Part shown: positions 1 through 10,395 of the stretch, in pieces | How positions within the stretch are numbered: the first letter of the stretch is position 1 | Layout of the letters: every line of letters starts with the position of its first letter | Source: Patescibacteria group bacterium | GTDB taxonomy: Bacteria; Patescibacteriota; Microgenomatia; UBA8517 | NCBI GenBank assembly: GCA_036381415.1 | Contig: DASVCV010000002.1 | Location: 84,091 to 148,090 of the forward strand | Direction: 5' to 3' | Length of the DNA: 64,000 nucleotides | The notes under the pieces: generated by a model | The model's input: only the letters and a program-made list of their open reading frames with translations | Told to the model about the DNA's origin: nothing | Database searches by the model: none | Position numbers and translations under genes: made by a program

Positions 1-19
1 ACTATTTATAGGAGCTAGG

Positions 20-529
20 TTGGGATATTGGCCAGATTCAGGTCCTGGAACTGTTACAGTAGTAGCAGATGACTGCATAGCATCAGATAGAAGTGGAATG
101 GTTACAGTACAGATTGCTGAGGAGCAGGCTTTGGGAGAATTAGCTAATAAAAAACTAGGGCAGATGACTGAGGATGAAAGAGTTATGGTAATTGGACGAC
201 AAAAATATAGATATCCTGTAATGATGGTTGCTGCAGCCTCCCAGCAGGGAATAATGAACCTGGAGAGTAAGAATGCAAAGGTGATAACAGGTGGGGCAGT
301 CTATTCTTTGAATGACTCCTTATATTTAATGAGAACTTCTGAGGAGGAAGGATTTACAGATGAGGACTTTTTTGTTGGAGATATGGGTTCGTGGCTAGGC
401 AGGCTCCCTGAAGCATATGATGACAAAGCTCCTTGGAACAAAGTAAGAAGGGAATTGGTTAATTATTGGGTGTCTTCAAACAAGCTTCCAAAGAGTCTTG
501 CTAAAACCAATTATTGTGAGTGGAAGTAA
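20..529 (+). CDS. hypothetical protein (TTG start; frame is open to window edge so may be 3' part of a longer gene)
   Basis: 169-aa ORF with GGAG 5 nt upstream of TTG at 20; no recognisable motifs; sits where rplL is usually found upstream of rpoB. Confidence 0.35.
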   Translation: MGYWPDSGPGTVTVVADDCIASDRSGMVTVQIAEEQALGELANKKLGQMTEDERVMVIGRQKYRYPVMMVAAASQQGIMNLESKNAKVITGGAVYSLNDSLYLMRTSEEEGFTDEDFFVGDMGSWLGRLPEAYDDKAPWNKVRRELVNYWVSSNKLPKSLAKTNYCEWK

Positions 530-545
530 TTTTATAGTTCGGGTG

Positions 546-573
546 TTGACAAGTTAAATTCTACAGGTATAAT
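546..573 (+). promoter_or_regulatory. sigma70-like promoter TTGACA-16nt-TATAAT upstream of rpoBC
   Basis: TTGACA at 546-551, TATAAT at 568-573, read directly. Confidence 0.5.
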
Positions 574-582
574 TCCTTTAAG

Positions 583-627
583 CCTACCTAGTGTAGGTTG
601 GACCCGTGTCTGTCGCACGGGCGTTTT
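583..627 (+). promoter_or_regulatory. rpoB leader stem-loops (CCTAC/GTAGG 583-597; CCCGTG/CACGGG 603-621 followed by TTTT)
   Basis: inverted repeats read directly; lies between promoter and ATG at 649. Confidence 0.35.
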
Positions 628-648
628 GCATAAAAACCCAAACTCTCA

Positions 649-3600
649 ATGGCCCAGAAAAGAAGATATTTCGGAAAACAGGAAAAGGATCTGCCAAAGC
701 TTGATTTGTCTTTCGTCCAGAAAGAATCATGGAAATGGTTTATTTCTGAAGGAATTGCAAATGAACTTACTGAAATCTCTCCGATAAATGACTTTGCAGG
801 AAAGAACTGGGAATTATCACTTTCAAACCCCGTAATAGGAGCTCCAATAATTACACCCCAAGAAGCACAAGAAAAAGGATTAAGTTTTGCGTCTCCTTTT
901 AAGGTTGATGCTAAGCTTGTAAACAAAAAGACTGGAAAAGAAATAACTCAGGAAGTGTTTTTTGGAAATATCCCACAAATGACAACTGCTGGGACATTTA
1001 TTATTAACGGTATTGAAAGAGCAGTTATTTCTCAGTTAGTCCGTTCTCCAGGAGCTTATTTTTCAGGTGACCTTGACCAGGCATCAGGACGCATGCTTTA
1101 CTATGCAGAAATAAGGCCACTTCATCATGGATCTTGGTTGGAGTTTGAAGTAAGTAAAACTGATGTAATTTCAGCAAGAATAGATAGAAGAAGAAAAGTT
1201 CCTGTGACAACCTTGCTTAGGGCTATGGGAATTGCAACTGATAATGAATTAAAAGCACTTTTTGCAGAAGTTGATACAGATAAAAATCATCAGTATATTT
1301 CAAAAACTATTGAGAAGGATTCTTCAAAAACCAGAGAAGATGCTCTGCTTGAAATCTACAGAAAATTAAGACCTGGTGAGCCAGCAGTACTTGAAAATGC
1401 AGAAAATCTTTTCTACAGTCTCTTTTTTGATCCAAGAAGATATGATTTAGGACGTGTAGGACGCTACAAGATAAATAAAAGACTTTCACTTGATGTTCCT
1501 AATGAGAGACAGAACTGGGTTTTGACAAAACAAGATGTGGTTGCAGCAATTACCTATTTAATTGGGCTTCAAAATGGACAAGGAAGAGTTGATGATATTG
1601 ATCATCTTGCAAACAGACGCTTAAGACGTGTTGGAGAGTTGGTTGCAACACATGCATTTAGAGTAGGACTACTTAGGCTTGAACGCTCAATTAAAGAAAA
1701 GATGAGCTTAATTTCTCCTGATGACAGGCCAAATCCAGCTAACTTAATTAACGCAAGACCTTTAATTGCAGCACTTAATGAGTTTTTCAGATCAAATCAG
1801 CTTTCAACTATTATTGACGATACTAATCCAGCTTCAGAAATTGATAACTTAAGAAGAGTATCAGTACTAGGGCCTGGTGGAATAAACAGAGAGCGTGCTT
1901 CATTTTCAATCAGGGACGTTAATTCATCTCAGTATGGAAGAATTGATCCTGTTAGATCTCCTGAGGGAATGAACATTGGACTTGTTACCTACCTTACTTT
2001 ATATGCAAAAGTAAATGAATATGGATTTTTGGAAACACCATATAGAAAAGTTGAGAAGGTTAAAGTAGGAGGAAAAACAAGAGCAAAAGTTACTGATAAT
2101 GTTGTTTATTTGAGTGCAGATGAAGAAGAGCAGTTCCATATTACCCATGCTGGAGTAAATATTGATAAAGATGGATTTATAGCAGATGAGCGTGTTCCAT
2201 TTAGACTTCATGGAACTTTTTCAGAAGGATTTGCAAGACTAGCTGACTATATTGATTACACACCAAGACAGGTATTTGGAACCTCAGCTTCTCTTATTCC
2301 ATTTTTGGCACATGATGAAGGAAATCGTGCTTTGATGGGATCTAACATGCAATGTCAGGCAGTTCCTCTTATTGCTCCTTCCTCACCAGTTGTTGGAACA
2401 GGAATGGAAGGGGTTGTAGCTAGTGCAATGGGAAGAGTGGTAACAGCTCCAGTTGATGGAGTAGTTGAATATGCAGATGCATCTGAAATAATTTTTAAGG
2501 CTAATAAGAAGATTGAGTTAGATGAAATCCCAGGAGGAGGACAGCTAATTGATAATGGAAAGAAAATTTCATATAAATTAACTAAATTTAGACGCACTGC
2601 ACAATCAACTTGTTATAACCAAAAAGTAAGAGTTGTAACTGGCCAAAAAGTTAAAAAAGGAGAGTTACTTGTAGAGGGACCAGCTTCAGAATTGGGTGAA
2701 CTTGCTTTGGGACAAAACTTGGTTGTTGCCTACTCATCTTTTGGAGGATATGGATTTGAGGATGCAATTTTAATTTCAGACAGAGTTGTTAAGGATGATT
2801 TACTTACTTCAATCCAAATTAAAGAATATGAAGCAGATGTAGTTGAGACTAAACTAGGACCTGAAGTACTAACTCGTGATATTCCAAATGTTGCAGAAAG
2901 TGAACTTGCTAATTTGGCATCTGATGGAATAGTAGTAGTTGGAGCAGAAGTAGGGCCAAATGATATGCTTGTTGGAAAGATTGCTCCTAAGGGAGAGACT
3001 GAGTTAACTAGTGAGGAAAGACTTCTTAGAGCTATTTTTGGAGAAAAAGCACGTGAAGTAAGAGACACTTCTCTTCGTGTTCCACATGGAGAAGGTGGAA
3101 TTGTAATTGATGTAACCATACTTTCTAAAGAAAAGGGAGATGAGTTAGGCCCTGGAGTAATTAAAAGCGTAATTGTAAAAGTTGCACAGATTAGAAAAGT
3201 AATGGTTGGAGACAAGGTTGCAGGGCGTCATGGAAATAAAGGAGTTATTGCAAAAATCATGCCTACAAATGACATGCCTTACTTAAATGATGGAACTCCT
3301 GTTGATATAGTAATTTCTCCTCTTTCAGTTCTTGCCCGTATGAACCTAGGACAGTTACTTGAGTGTCATTTGGGTTGGGCAATGCAGAAGAATGGTGAAA
3401 AAGCTGCACTTCCAGTTTTTGACAATGTTAATGAGGGAGTAGTTACAGATGAATTGAGAAAAGCAGGACTTCCAGTAAGTGGAAAAACAAAGCTATATGA
3501 TGGAAGAACCGGAGTTGCTTTTGAGGAAGATACAGTTGTTGGAATTGGCTACATAATGAAGCTAAAGCACATGATTGAGGATAAGATCCATGCAAGAAGT

Positions 3601-6600
3601 ACTGGACCATACTCACTTGTTACACAACAGCCACTTGGAGGAAAAGCTCAAATGGGAGGACAAAGACTTGGGGAAATGGAAGTTTGGGCACTTGAAGCAC
3701 ATAGAGCAGCTCATACTTTGCAGGAAATGCTTACTATTAAATCTGATGACATTATCGGACGCGCACAAGCATTTGGAGCAATTGTTAAGGGAGATGAAAT
3801 TCCTGAAGCAAAGGTTCCTGAATCATTTAAAGTACTTATTCGTGAACTTAATTCTTTGGGACTTGCTATTAATGTAGAAGGCGGAGTTGCAAAACAGGTT
3901 GAGGGAGAAGAAGTAGCAGCTGAATCAAGTGAGAAAAAGCAGTATGCAAATGATCCACTTGTAAGGCTTAAAGATCTTGAAGACTTTAAGTCACTTCAGA
4001 TTAGATTGGCATCTGATAGCGAGATTAGATCTTGGTCAAGAGGAGAAGTAACTAAGCCTGAAACTATTAATTACAGAACTCTTAAACCTGAGAAAGATGG
4101 ACTTTTTGATGAGAGAATTTTTGGACCTACAAAAGACTGGGAGTGCTACTGCGGAAAGTACAAGAGAATTAGATATAAGGGAGTTGTTTGTGATAAATGC
4201 GGAGTTGAGGTAACTGAATCAAGAGTAAGAAGAGAGAGAATGGGACATATTTCTTTGGCCGCTCCTGTAGTTCATGTCTGGTTTTTCAAAGGAGCACCTT
4301 CCAAGATTTCACTTCTTTTGGATCTTCCTCCAAGAGCTGTTGAGCAAGTAGTTTACTTTGCAAGATATATGGTTATTGCTGTTAATGAGAAAGAAAGAGA
4401 TAAATCACTTAAGACTTTAGTGAGTATTCAGGATGAAAAGATCAAAGAAATTAAAGAAACATATGCTGAAAGAGTAGATTTAATCAGAAAAGATGGAGTT
4501 GAGAAGAAAGAAAAAGTTACAAAGAGATTAAAGGACAAAGAACAGCAAGCACTTGCCTTATCTGAAGTAGATCTTGATACAAGAAAGAAAGAAACAGCAT
4601 TGGGTGAGGAAGAAAGAAATACTTTAGAAAAGACACAAGAATTGTTTGATAAACTCACAGATCTTGTAAAAAGTATGAAGCCATTTGGATTTTTGTCAGA
4701 GGAAGAATATGACAAACTTGCTTCATATGGAGTTGCAGACTTTGTTGATGTAAAAATGGGAGCTGATGCAATTTTGGCAGCAGTGAGTGCACTTAACTTG
4801 GACAAGATTTCAGCAGAACTAAGAGCACAAGCAGATGAACTTAAAGGCAAAGGAGCAAAATATCTAAAGTTAACTAAGAGACTTAAGATTATTGATGGAT
4901 TAAAGGAAGCAAAAATTAATCCAACTTCTGTTGTGCTTAAAGCACTACCTGTACTTCCACCAGATCTAAGACCTATGGTCCAACTTGCAGGAGGAAGATT
5001 TGCAACCAGCGACTTAAATGATCTTTACAGAAGAGTAATTAACAGAAACAACAGATTAAAACACTTAATTGGACTTGGAGCACCTGAAATAATCTTAAGG
5101 AATGAAAAGAGAATGCTTCAAGAAGCAATTGACTCACTAATCGATGCATCTCAAAGAAAAGCAACAAGAAGAGGAAGGGGAAGACAAGCATTAAGAAGTC
5201 TTTCTGACATGCTTAAAGGAAAACAAGGAAGATTTAGACAGAACTTACTTGGAAAGAGAGTTGATTATTCAGGAAGATCAGTAATTGTAGTGGGTCCTGA
5301 ACTTAAACTTACACAGTGCGGACTTCCAAAGGAAATGGCACTAGAGATGTTTAAGCCATTTGTACTTCGCGAAATGATTATTCGCGGAATTGCACCTAAT
5401 GTAAAGAGTGCAAAGAATATGCTTGAGAGAAGGCCTCCTGAAGTGTTTGATATTTTGGAGGAAATTACTGTAAATCATCCTGTTCTTCTAAACCGCGCAC
5501 CAACCTTGCACAAACTAGGAATTCAGGCATTTTTCCCAGTACTTATTGAAGGAAATGCAATCAGGATTCATCCAGCAGTATGCTCTGGATACAATGCTGA
5601 CTTTGATGGAGACCAAATGGCAGTACATATTCCACTTTCAAAGAAAGCAATGGAAGAAGCAGTTACCCTAATGCTTTCTGACAAGAATTTGCTTAAGCCA
5701 TCTGATGGATCTCCAGTTTCAACTCCTGCTTCAAAGGAAATGGCACTTGGAGTTTATTATCTAACCAGTGAAGATGGCAGAATTGAACCTTTTGATGCAG
5801 TGTTTTCTGATAAAGGTGAGGCTATTTTGGCATACCAGACAGGAAAAATAAGATTAAGACAAAAAATTAATGTAAGAATTGAAACTAGTGTTCTTGAGAC
5901 AACTGTAGGAAGAATAATCTTTAATGAAGTACTTCCTGAAAGCTTTGGATTTATAAATGCAGGAATTAATTCAAGTGCAATTAAGGATCTTATAACACAG
6001 GCTTACTCTACTTTAGAAAGAGACCGTGTAGTTGAGCTTATTGATGCAATCAAGAATCTAGGATTCTTGGGAGGAACAGTATCAGGACTTTCATTTGGAG
6101 TAAGTGATGCAACCATACTTCCTGAGAAAGATAAGATTATTAAGCAAGCTGATAAGCATGTTGCTGAAATTGAAAAGAATTTTGCACAGGGACTTATAAC
6201 AAACGAAGAGAAAAGACGCATGGTACAGTCTGTCTGGATTGAGACAACTGAAGAAATTGCTGAAAAGACTTGGGAATTTATTGATCCAAACTCTTCAATC
6301 AAGCTTGTAATTGATGCAAAAGTTGGCCGTACCTCAAGAGAACAAATTAAACAGCTTGCTGGAATGAGAGGATTGGTTGTTGATCCATTAGGAAAGATAG
6401 TTGAACTTCCAATTAAATCTAACTTTAGGGAAGGTCTTTCAGTATTTGAATATGTGACTTCTGGAAGAGGATCTAGAAAAGGACTTACTGACACTGCATT
6501 AAAGACAGCAGATGCTGGATACTTAACAAGAAGGCTAGTAGATGTTGCCCATGATGTAATAATTCGGGAGGAAGACTGTGGAAGCCAAGAAGGATTAGTT

Positions 6601-7686
6601 ATTAAGAGAAGTGTTAGGACTCCCGCTTTTGCAAAGAGAATTTCTGGAAGATTTGCACATGAGGATGTGGTTGATAAGAAAGGAAAGATTATTGTAGCTA
6701 AGGGGGCAGTCATTGATGAAAAGACAGCTAAAGCAATTGAGGCAAATCTAGATGTAAATCAAGTTGTAATTAGATCTCCACTTTCTTGTATAACTCGCTA
6801 TGGAGTATGCCAGAAGTGCTATGGGTGGGATCTTTCAAACAAGAAATTAGTAGATATTGGAGTACCAGTAGGAGTAATTGCAGCCCAGTCTATTGGAGAA
6901 CCTGGAACTCAGCTAACACTTCGTACCAAGCATTCTGGAGGAGTAGTTGGAGTTGATGTGACTCAAGGACTACCTAGAGTTGAGGAATTATTTGAGTCTA
7001 GAATGCCAAAGACTTTGTCTCCTCTTTCTGAGATTAGCGGTAAAGTAAGTGTAACTGAACCTGATGATGAAGGATGGCTAGTTAAAGTAACAAATACTAC
7101 TGTTAAGCCAAAGGAAGAAAGAGAATATATAATTCCTAAAACTTCTAAGATTGCAGTTTCTGATGGACAACTAATTGATGCAGGAACTCAGCTTGCAAGC
7201 GGATTCTTGGATGTAAAAGAGATCCTTCTTGTAAGGGGATTGAGAAATGCACAGGAATACCTGGTAAATGAACTCCAGGCTGTTTATGAATCTCAAGGAA
7301 TTCCTATCAATGACAGACATTTTGAAGTAATAATCAGGAAGATGTGTGATGAGGTTAGAATTGTCACACCGGGAGATACCAGACTTCTTCCAGAGGAGTT
7401 GGCTGAAAAGAGCAGGTTTGAAGAAGAAAACGAGAAGGTTTTGGCAGCAGGAGGAGAACCAGCAACAGCAAGACAGGTAGTACTTGGTATTACAAGACGC
7501 GCTCTTTACACTGAATCCTGGCTATCAGCAGCCTCATTTGAGCAGACAACTGACATTTTGGCAGAAGCCTCATTAATGGGTAAACGCGACCAGTTAATTG
7601 GACTTAAAGAAAATGTCATTATAGGAAGACTTATACCGGTTGATGCCGAGCGAGCAGCTCTATTTAGACACAGACCTCTTAACTAG
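649..7686 (+). CDS. rpoBC: fused DNA-directed RNA polymerase beta-beta' (rpoB-rpoC in one 2345-aa ORF)
   Basis: continuous ORF; N-terminal 1080 aa carry beta motifs (e.g. NMQRQAVPL-like MGSNMQCQAVPL, GEMEVWALEA); from ~aa 1100 onward beta' motifs (IRSWSRGEVTKPETINYRT, zinc finger CYCGKY..CDKCGVEV, NADFDGDQMAVH); no stop or frameshift at junction ~3880-3960. Confidence 0.9.
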   Translation: MAQKRRYFGKQEKDLPKLDLSFVQKESWKWFISEGIANELTEISPINDFAGKNWELSLSNPVIGAPIITPQEAQEKGLSFASPFKVDAKLVNKKTGKEITQEVFFGNIPQMTTAGTFIINGIERAVISQLVRSPGAYFSGDLDQASGRMLYYAEIRPLHHGSWLEFEVSKTDVISARIDRRRKVPVTTLLRAMGIATDNELKALFAEVDTDKNHQYISKTIEKDSSKTREDALLEIYRKLRPGEPAVLENAENLFYSLFFDPRRYDLGRVGRYKINKRLSLDVPNERQNWVLTKQDVVAAITYLIGLQNGQGRVDDIDHLANRRLRRVGELVATHAFRVGLLRLERSIKEKMSLISPDDRPNPANLINARPLIAALNEFFRSNQLSTIIDDTNPASEIDNLRRVSVLGPGGINRERASFSIRDVNSSQYGRIDPVRSPEGMNIGLVTYLTLYAKVNEYGFLETPYRKVEKVKVGGKTRAKVTDNVVYLSADEEEQFHITHAGVNIDKDGFIADERVPFRLHGTFSEGFARLADYIDYTPRQVFGTSASLIPFLAHDEGNRALMGSNMQCQAVPLIAPSSPVVGTGMEGVVASAMGRVVTAPVDGVVEYADASEIIFKANKKIELDEIPGGGQLIDNGKKISYKLTKFRRTAQSTCYNQKVRVVTGQKVKKGELLVEGPASELGELALGQNLVVAYSSFGGYGFEDAILISDRVVKDDLLTSIQIKEYEADVVETKLGPEVLTRDIPNVAESELANLASDGIVVVGAEVGPNDMLVGKIAPKGETELTSEERLLRAIFGEKAREVRDTSLRVPHGEGGIVIDVTILSKEKGDELGPGVIKSVIVKVAQIRKVMVGDKVAGRHGNKGVIAKIMPTNDMPYLNDGTPVDIVISPLSVLARMNLGQLLECHLGWAMQKNGEKAALPVFDNVNEGVVTDELRKAGLPVSGKTKLYDGRTGVAFEEDTVVGIGYIMKLKHMIEDKIHARSTGPYSLVTQQPLGGKAQMGGQRLGEMEVWALEAHRAAHTLQEMLTIKSDDIIGRAQAFGAIVKGDEIPEAKVPESFKVLIRELNSLGLAINVEGGVAKQVEGEEVAAESSEKKQYANDPLVRLKDLEDFKSLQIRLASDSEIRSWSRGEVTKPETINYRTLKPEKDGLFDERIFGPTKDWECYCGKYKRIRYKGVVCDKCGVEVTESRVRRERMGHISLAAPVVHVWFFKGAPSKISLLLDLPPRAVEQVVYFARYMVIAVNEKERDKSLKTLVSIQDEKIKEIKETYAERVDLIRKDGVEKKEKVTKRLKDKEQQALALSEVDLDTRKKETALGEEERNTLEKTQELFDKLTDLVKSMKPFGFLSEEEYDKLASYGVADFVDVKMGADAILAAVSALNLDKISAELRAQADELKGKGAKYLKLTKRLKIIDGLKEAKINPTSVVLKALPVLPPDLRPMVQLAGGRFATSDLNDLYRRVINRNNRLKHLIGLGAPEIILRNEKRMLQEAIDSLIDASQRKATRRGRGRQALRSLSDMLKGKQGRFRQNLLGKRVDYSGRSVIVVGPELKLTQCGLPKEMALEMFKPFVLREMIIRGIAPNVKSAKNMLERRPPEVFDILEEITVNHPVLLNRAPTLHKLGIQAFFPVLIEGNAIRIHPAVCSGYNADFDGDQMAVHIPLSKKAMEEAVTLMLSDKNLLKPSDGSPVSTPASKEMALGVYYLTSEDGRIEPFDAVFSDKGEAILAYQTGKIRLRQKINVRIETSVLETTVGRIIFNEVLPESFGFINAGINSSAIKDLITQAYSTLERDRVVELIDAIKNLGFLGGTVSGLSFGVSDATILPEKDKIIKQADKHVAEIEKNFAQGLITNEEKRRMVQSVWIETTEEIAEKTWEFIDPNSSIKLVIDAKVGRTSREQIKQLAGMRGLVVDPLGKIVELPIKSNFREGLSVFEYVTSGRGSRKGLTDTALKTADAGYLTRRLVDVAHDVIIREEDCGSQEGLVIKRSVRTPAFAKRISGRFAHEDVVDKKGKIIVAKGAVIDEKTAKAIEANLDVNQVVIRSPLSCITRYGVCQKCYGWDLSNKKLVDIGVPVGVIAAQSIGEPGTQLTLRTKHSGGVVGVDVTQGLPRVEELFESRMPKTLSPLSEISGKVSVTEPDDEGWLVKVTNTTVKPKEEREYIIPKTSKIAVSDGQLIDAGTQLASGFLDVKEILLVRGLRNAQEYLVNELQAVYESQGIPINDRHFEVIIRKMCDEVRIVTPGDTRLLPEELAEKSRFEEENEKVLAAGGEPATARQVVLGITRRALYTESWLSAASFEQTTDILAEASLMGKRDQLIGLKENVIIGRLIPVDAERAALFRHRPLN

Positions 7687-7725
7687 ATTTAGTTTTAGAG
7701 GAACACTCGTAGTATAATAGCCAAT

Positions 7726-8166
7726 ATGCCAACAGTATCTCAATTAGTCAGACATGGAAGAAGAAGTAACCCAAAGAAAAGAAAGGCTACTTCTCTTAAG
7801 TGGTGGTTTAATGCAAAAGACCGCAAATTTGGGGAGTTTCACTCTCCTTTTAAGCGTGGAGTAGTTTTATCTGTAAGAACAATGACTCCAAAAAAACCTA
7901 ACTCAGCTTTGAGAAAAGTGGCTAGGGTTAGACTTTCAAACAAACAGGAAGTTACAGCATATATTCCAGGTGAGGGACATGAACTAGCAGAGCATGCAAT
8001 TGTCATGGTAAGAGGCGGACGTGTAAAAGATCTTCCAGGAGTTAAATATCATTTGGTTAGAGGAAAATATGACACAACTGGAGTTGTAGGAAGAAAGACC
8101 TCAAGAAGTAGATATGGAGCAAAAGAAGGAGGAGCTGCAAAGACTGAAGCTGCAGCAGCAAGCTAA
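7726..8166 (+). CDS. rpsL: 30S ribosomal protein S12 with ~20-aa Ala/Glu-rich C-terminal tail
   Basis: PTVSQLVR...[10 protein letters not shown]...VRGG motifs. Confidence 0.95.
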   Translation: MPTVSQLVRHGRRSNPKKRKATSLKWWFNAKDRKFGEFHSPFKRGVVLSVRTMTPKKPNSALRKVARVRLSNKQEVTAYIPGEGHELAEHAIVMVRGGRVKDLPGVKYHLVRGKYDTTGVVGRKTSRSRYGAKEGGAAKTEAAAAS

Positions 8167-8645
8167 TGGCAAGAAGAGGAGCACCAAGAGCAAGAAAAGT
8201 AGAACTAGATCCAATCTATAAAGATAGAATGGTTACTAAGCTTATTGGACGTGCAATGAAGGATGGAAAGAAATCAGTTATTCAAAAAGAAGTCTACAAA
8301 GGTTTTGAAATAATTAAAGAAAAAACAAAAGAAGATCCAATGGTTGTTTTTGCACAAGCTCTTGAGAACATAAAACCAACAATGGAAGTAAGAGCAAGAA
8401 GAATTGGTGGAGCAGCTTATCAGGTTCCAATGCAGGTAAGAGGAGTAAGAAGAGAATCCCTTGCAATCAGATGGTTAGTTGAAAATTCAAGGAAAAGATC
8501 AAATAGTGAGTTTAGAACATATGCTGAGAAATTAGCAGCAGAGATAATGGATGCTGCTAAAGGTGAAGGAGCAGCTGTAAAGAAAAAGGCAGATATGGAA
8601 AGATCAGCAGAAGCCAATAAAGCTTTTAGTCACTTCAAGTGGTAA
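8166..8645 (+). CDS. rpsG: 30S ribosomal protein S7
   Basis: TAATG overlap with rpsL; S7-like sequence incl. RIGGAAYQVP. Confidence 0.95.
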   Translation: MARRGAPRARKVELDPIYKDRMVTKLIGRAMKDGKKSVIQKEVYKGFEIIKEKTKEDPMVVFAQALENIKPTMEVRARRIGGAAYQVPMQVRGVRRESLAIRWLVENSRKRSNSEFRTYAEKLAAEIMDAAKGEGAAVKKKADMERSAEANKAFSHFKW

Positions 8646-8737
8646 ACACGGCTTTTTATTGACTTTTAGATATTATTTTTACTCAAAAAAATTCTTCTAA
8701 GTGGAAAATTATTTTTACTTCATATAAACTAGAGAAA

Positions 8738-9715
8738 ATGGCAAATAAATCTGTTGATTTTGGAAAGATTATTAATAGATCTTGGGAAGTTACTTTAAAA
8801 AATAAGTGGCTTTGGGTAATTGGAATTGTGTTGGCAGTTTTTGGTGGAGGAGCAGGTGGGACAAATTTATATTCTAATTTTTCAAATGCACAAAAGGGAA
8901 CAAATAGTGCTACTTCTTCCAGTCAGTTTACAGATGTTATAGGAAACTTATTAAAGTCTGTTCCTGTTGCAACATGGGTGCTTTTGGTACTTGGGTTTAT
9001 ACTTATTATTCTTTTTTCAGTTGCAGTTGCTTGGATTATTGTAAGCTGGGCGAAAGGAGCTCTTATAAAAGGATTTGATGATGCTGAGAAAGATAAAAAA
9101 GTTGATCTTAAAATCCTTGGGAGCCACGGAATTGCAAGCTTAAAGAAACTATTTATTTACAACCTTATTTCTATTGGGATGTTTTTAGCAATAATGGTTG
9201 GTTCCCTAATTGTACTTTTTGTTTTAGGAGTTATCTTTGCATTTATTCCAGTAGTGGGAGTGATATTGATGATTCCACTTTGGATAATAGGATTTTTGGG
9301 AATATTTATTTTAGTAGTTTTATTTGCAATGATTTCAATATATGCAGAAAGATTAATAGTTTTAAAGAATTATTCTCCTTGGGTGGCTTGGAAAAAGGGA
9401 TTAAGTTTAAGTAGGGGTAATTTTTTGCACAGTCTTATAATGGGGATTATAAACACGGCAATTGGATGTTCTGTGGGGTGTTTATCAATGCTAGTGTTAT
9501 TAATTATTTTGGGATTACCTGCATTGTTATTTGCTATTCCTATGTTTAGTGGAGGAAGTTTTCATCTTCCAAATATTTTTCAAATAATTGGAATTGTCGT
9601 TCTTGTTATTTTTTATTTTGTTGCTAATTCTGTAATTAGAGCCTTTTTGATTGTTTTTAATTATGGAAATTGGAATCAACTTTTCTGGAAAGTAATGAAG
9701 GAGGAACTAAAATGA
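8738..9715 (+). CDS. polytopic integral membrane protein, unknown family
   Basis: 325 aa, multiple hydrophobic spans; inserted between rpsG and fusA. Confidence 0.55.
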   Translation: MANKSVDFGKIINRSWEVTLKNKWLWVIGIVLAVFGGGAGGTNLYSNFSNAQKGTNSATSSSQFTDVIGNLLKSVPVATWVLLVLGFILIILFSVAVAWIIVSWAKGALIKGFDDAEKDKKVDLKILGSHGIASLKKLFIYNLISIGMFLAIMVGSLIVLFVLGVIFAFIPVVGVILMIPLWIIGFLGIFILVVLFAMISIYAERLIVLKNYSPWVAWKKGLSLSRGNFLHSLIMGIINTAIGCSVGCLSMLVLLIILGLPALLFAIPMFSGGSFHLPNIFQIIGIVVLVIFYFVANSVIRAFLIVFNYGNWNQLFWKVMKEELK

Positions 9716-10338
9716 AAAATATTGCATCTTTCTGGTTTAGAATTTTAGGGTTTTTAATAGACTGGCTAATTCACATGCTTTTGTTATTGGCTTTAATTTT
9801 GTGGGTTTCTACATCTTCTACTATGGAAGAAGCTACTAACAGGTTTTTAACCTTTCTTATAATTGATTTCTTTTATAGTATTGGTTTTGCATTTTTTAAT
9901 CCTTATTTGATATCACGTTTTGGTGGAACTATTGGAAAACTTTTGACTGGAACAAGAATTGTTAATCCAGAGGGCAAGAAGGTTAATTTTTATAGAGCAT
10001 TTTTTAGAAATCATATTGGATATATGATTTCTGCAAGTCTTTTCTGGATAGGATTTATTTGGATACTAATTGATAAAGAAAGAAGAAGCTGGCATGATCA
10101 AATTGCAAATACTTATGTAGTTAAGGTGAATAAAACTATGTTTATAGTTGGAATTGCAGCCTTAGCTATTTTATTAGGGACATATGGTTATTTGGTAAAT
10201 TCAACTGTTAAGAATTTTAGTGCTAACTCAGGAATCTATATGAACTTTTTAAAGAGCATAGAGACTAAACCACAACAAACAAAGACTCCAACTACAGAGC
10301 AACTTAAACTAAAGAGTTCTCCTGTTAAGGTCCAGTAG
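9712..10338 (+). CDS. RDD-family membrane protein
   Basis: GGAGG RBS before ATG at 9712 (ORF-track start 9670 is probably too far upstream); RRSWHDQIANTYVV resembles RDD motif. Confidence 0.55.
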   Translation: MKNIASFWFRILGFLIDWLIHMLLLLALILWVSTSSTMEEATNRFLTFLIIDFFYSIGFAFFNPYLISRFGGTIGKLLTGTRIVNPEGKKVNFYRAFFRNHIGYMISASLFWIGFIWILIDKERRSWHDQIANTYVVKVNKTMFIVGIAALAILLGTYGYLVNSTVKNFSANSGIYMNFLKSIETKPQQTKTPTTEQLKLKSSPVKVQ

Positions 10339-10395
10339 GTTTGCTTTGCATATAGGTGAGTTGAAATTGATGTTCTTGCTACCTATACTAAAAGC

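Noticed and set aside
588-6713. Antisense/alternate-frame ORFs inside rpoBC (588-926, 1025-1210, 1307-1489, 1999-2211, 2355-2597, 2730-3215, 3575-3877, 4428-4850, 6003-6713)
   Set aside because: Fully embedded in a highly conserved, confidently identified coding region. Low-complexity translations typical of spurious shadow ORFs.
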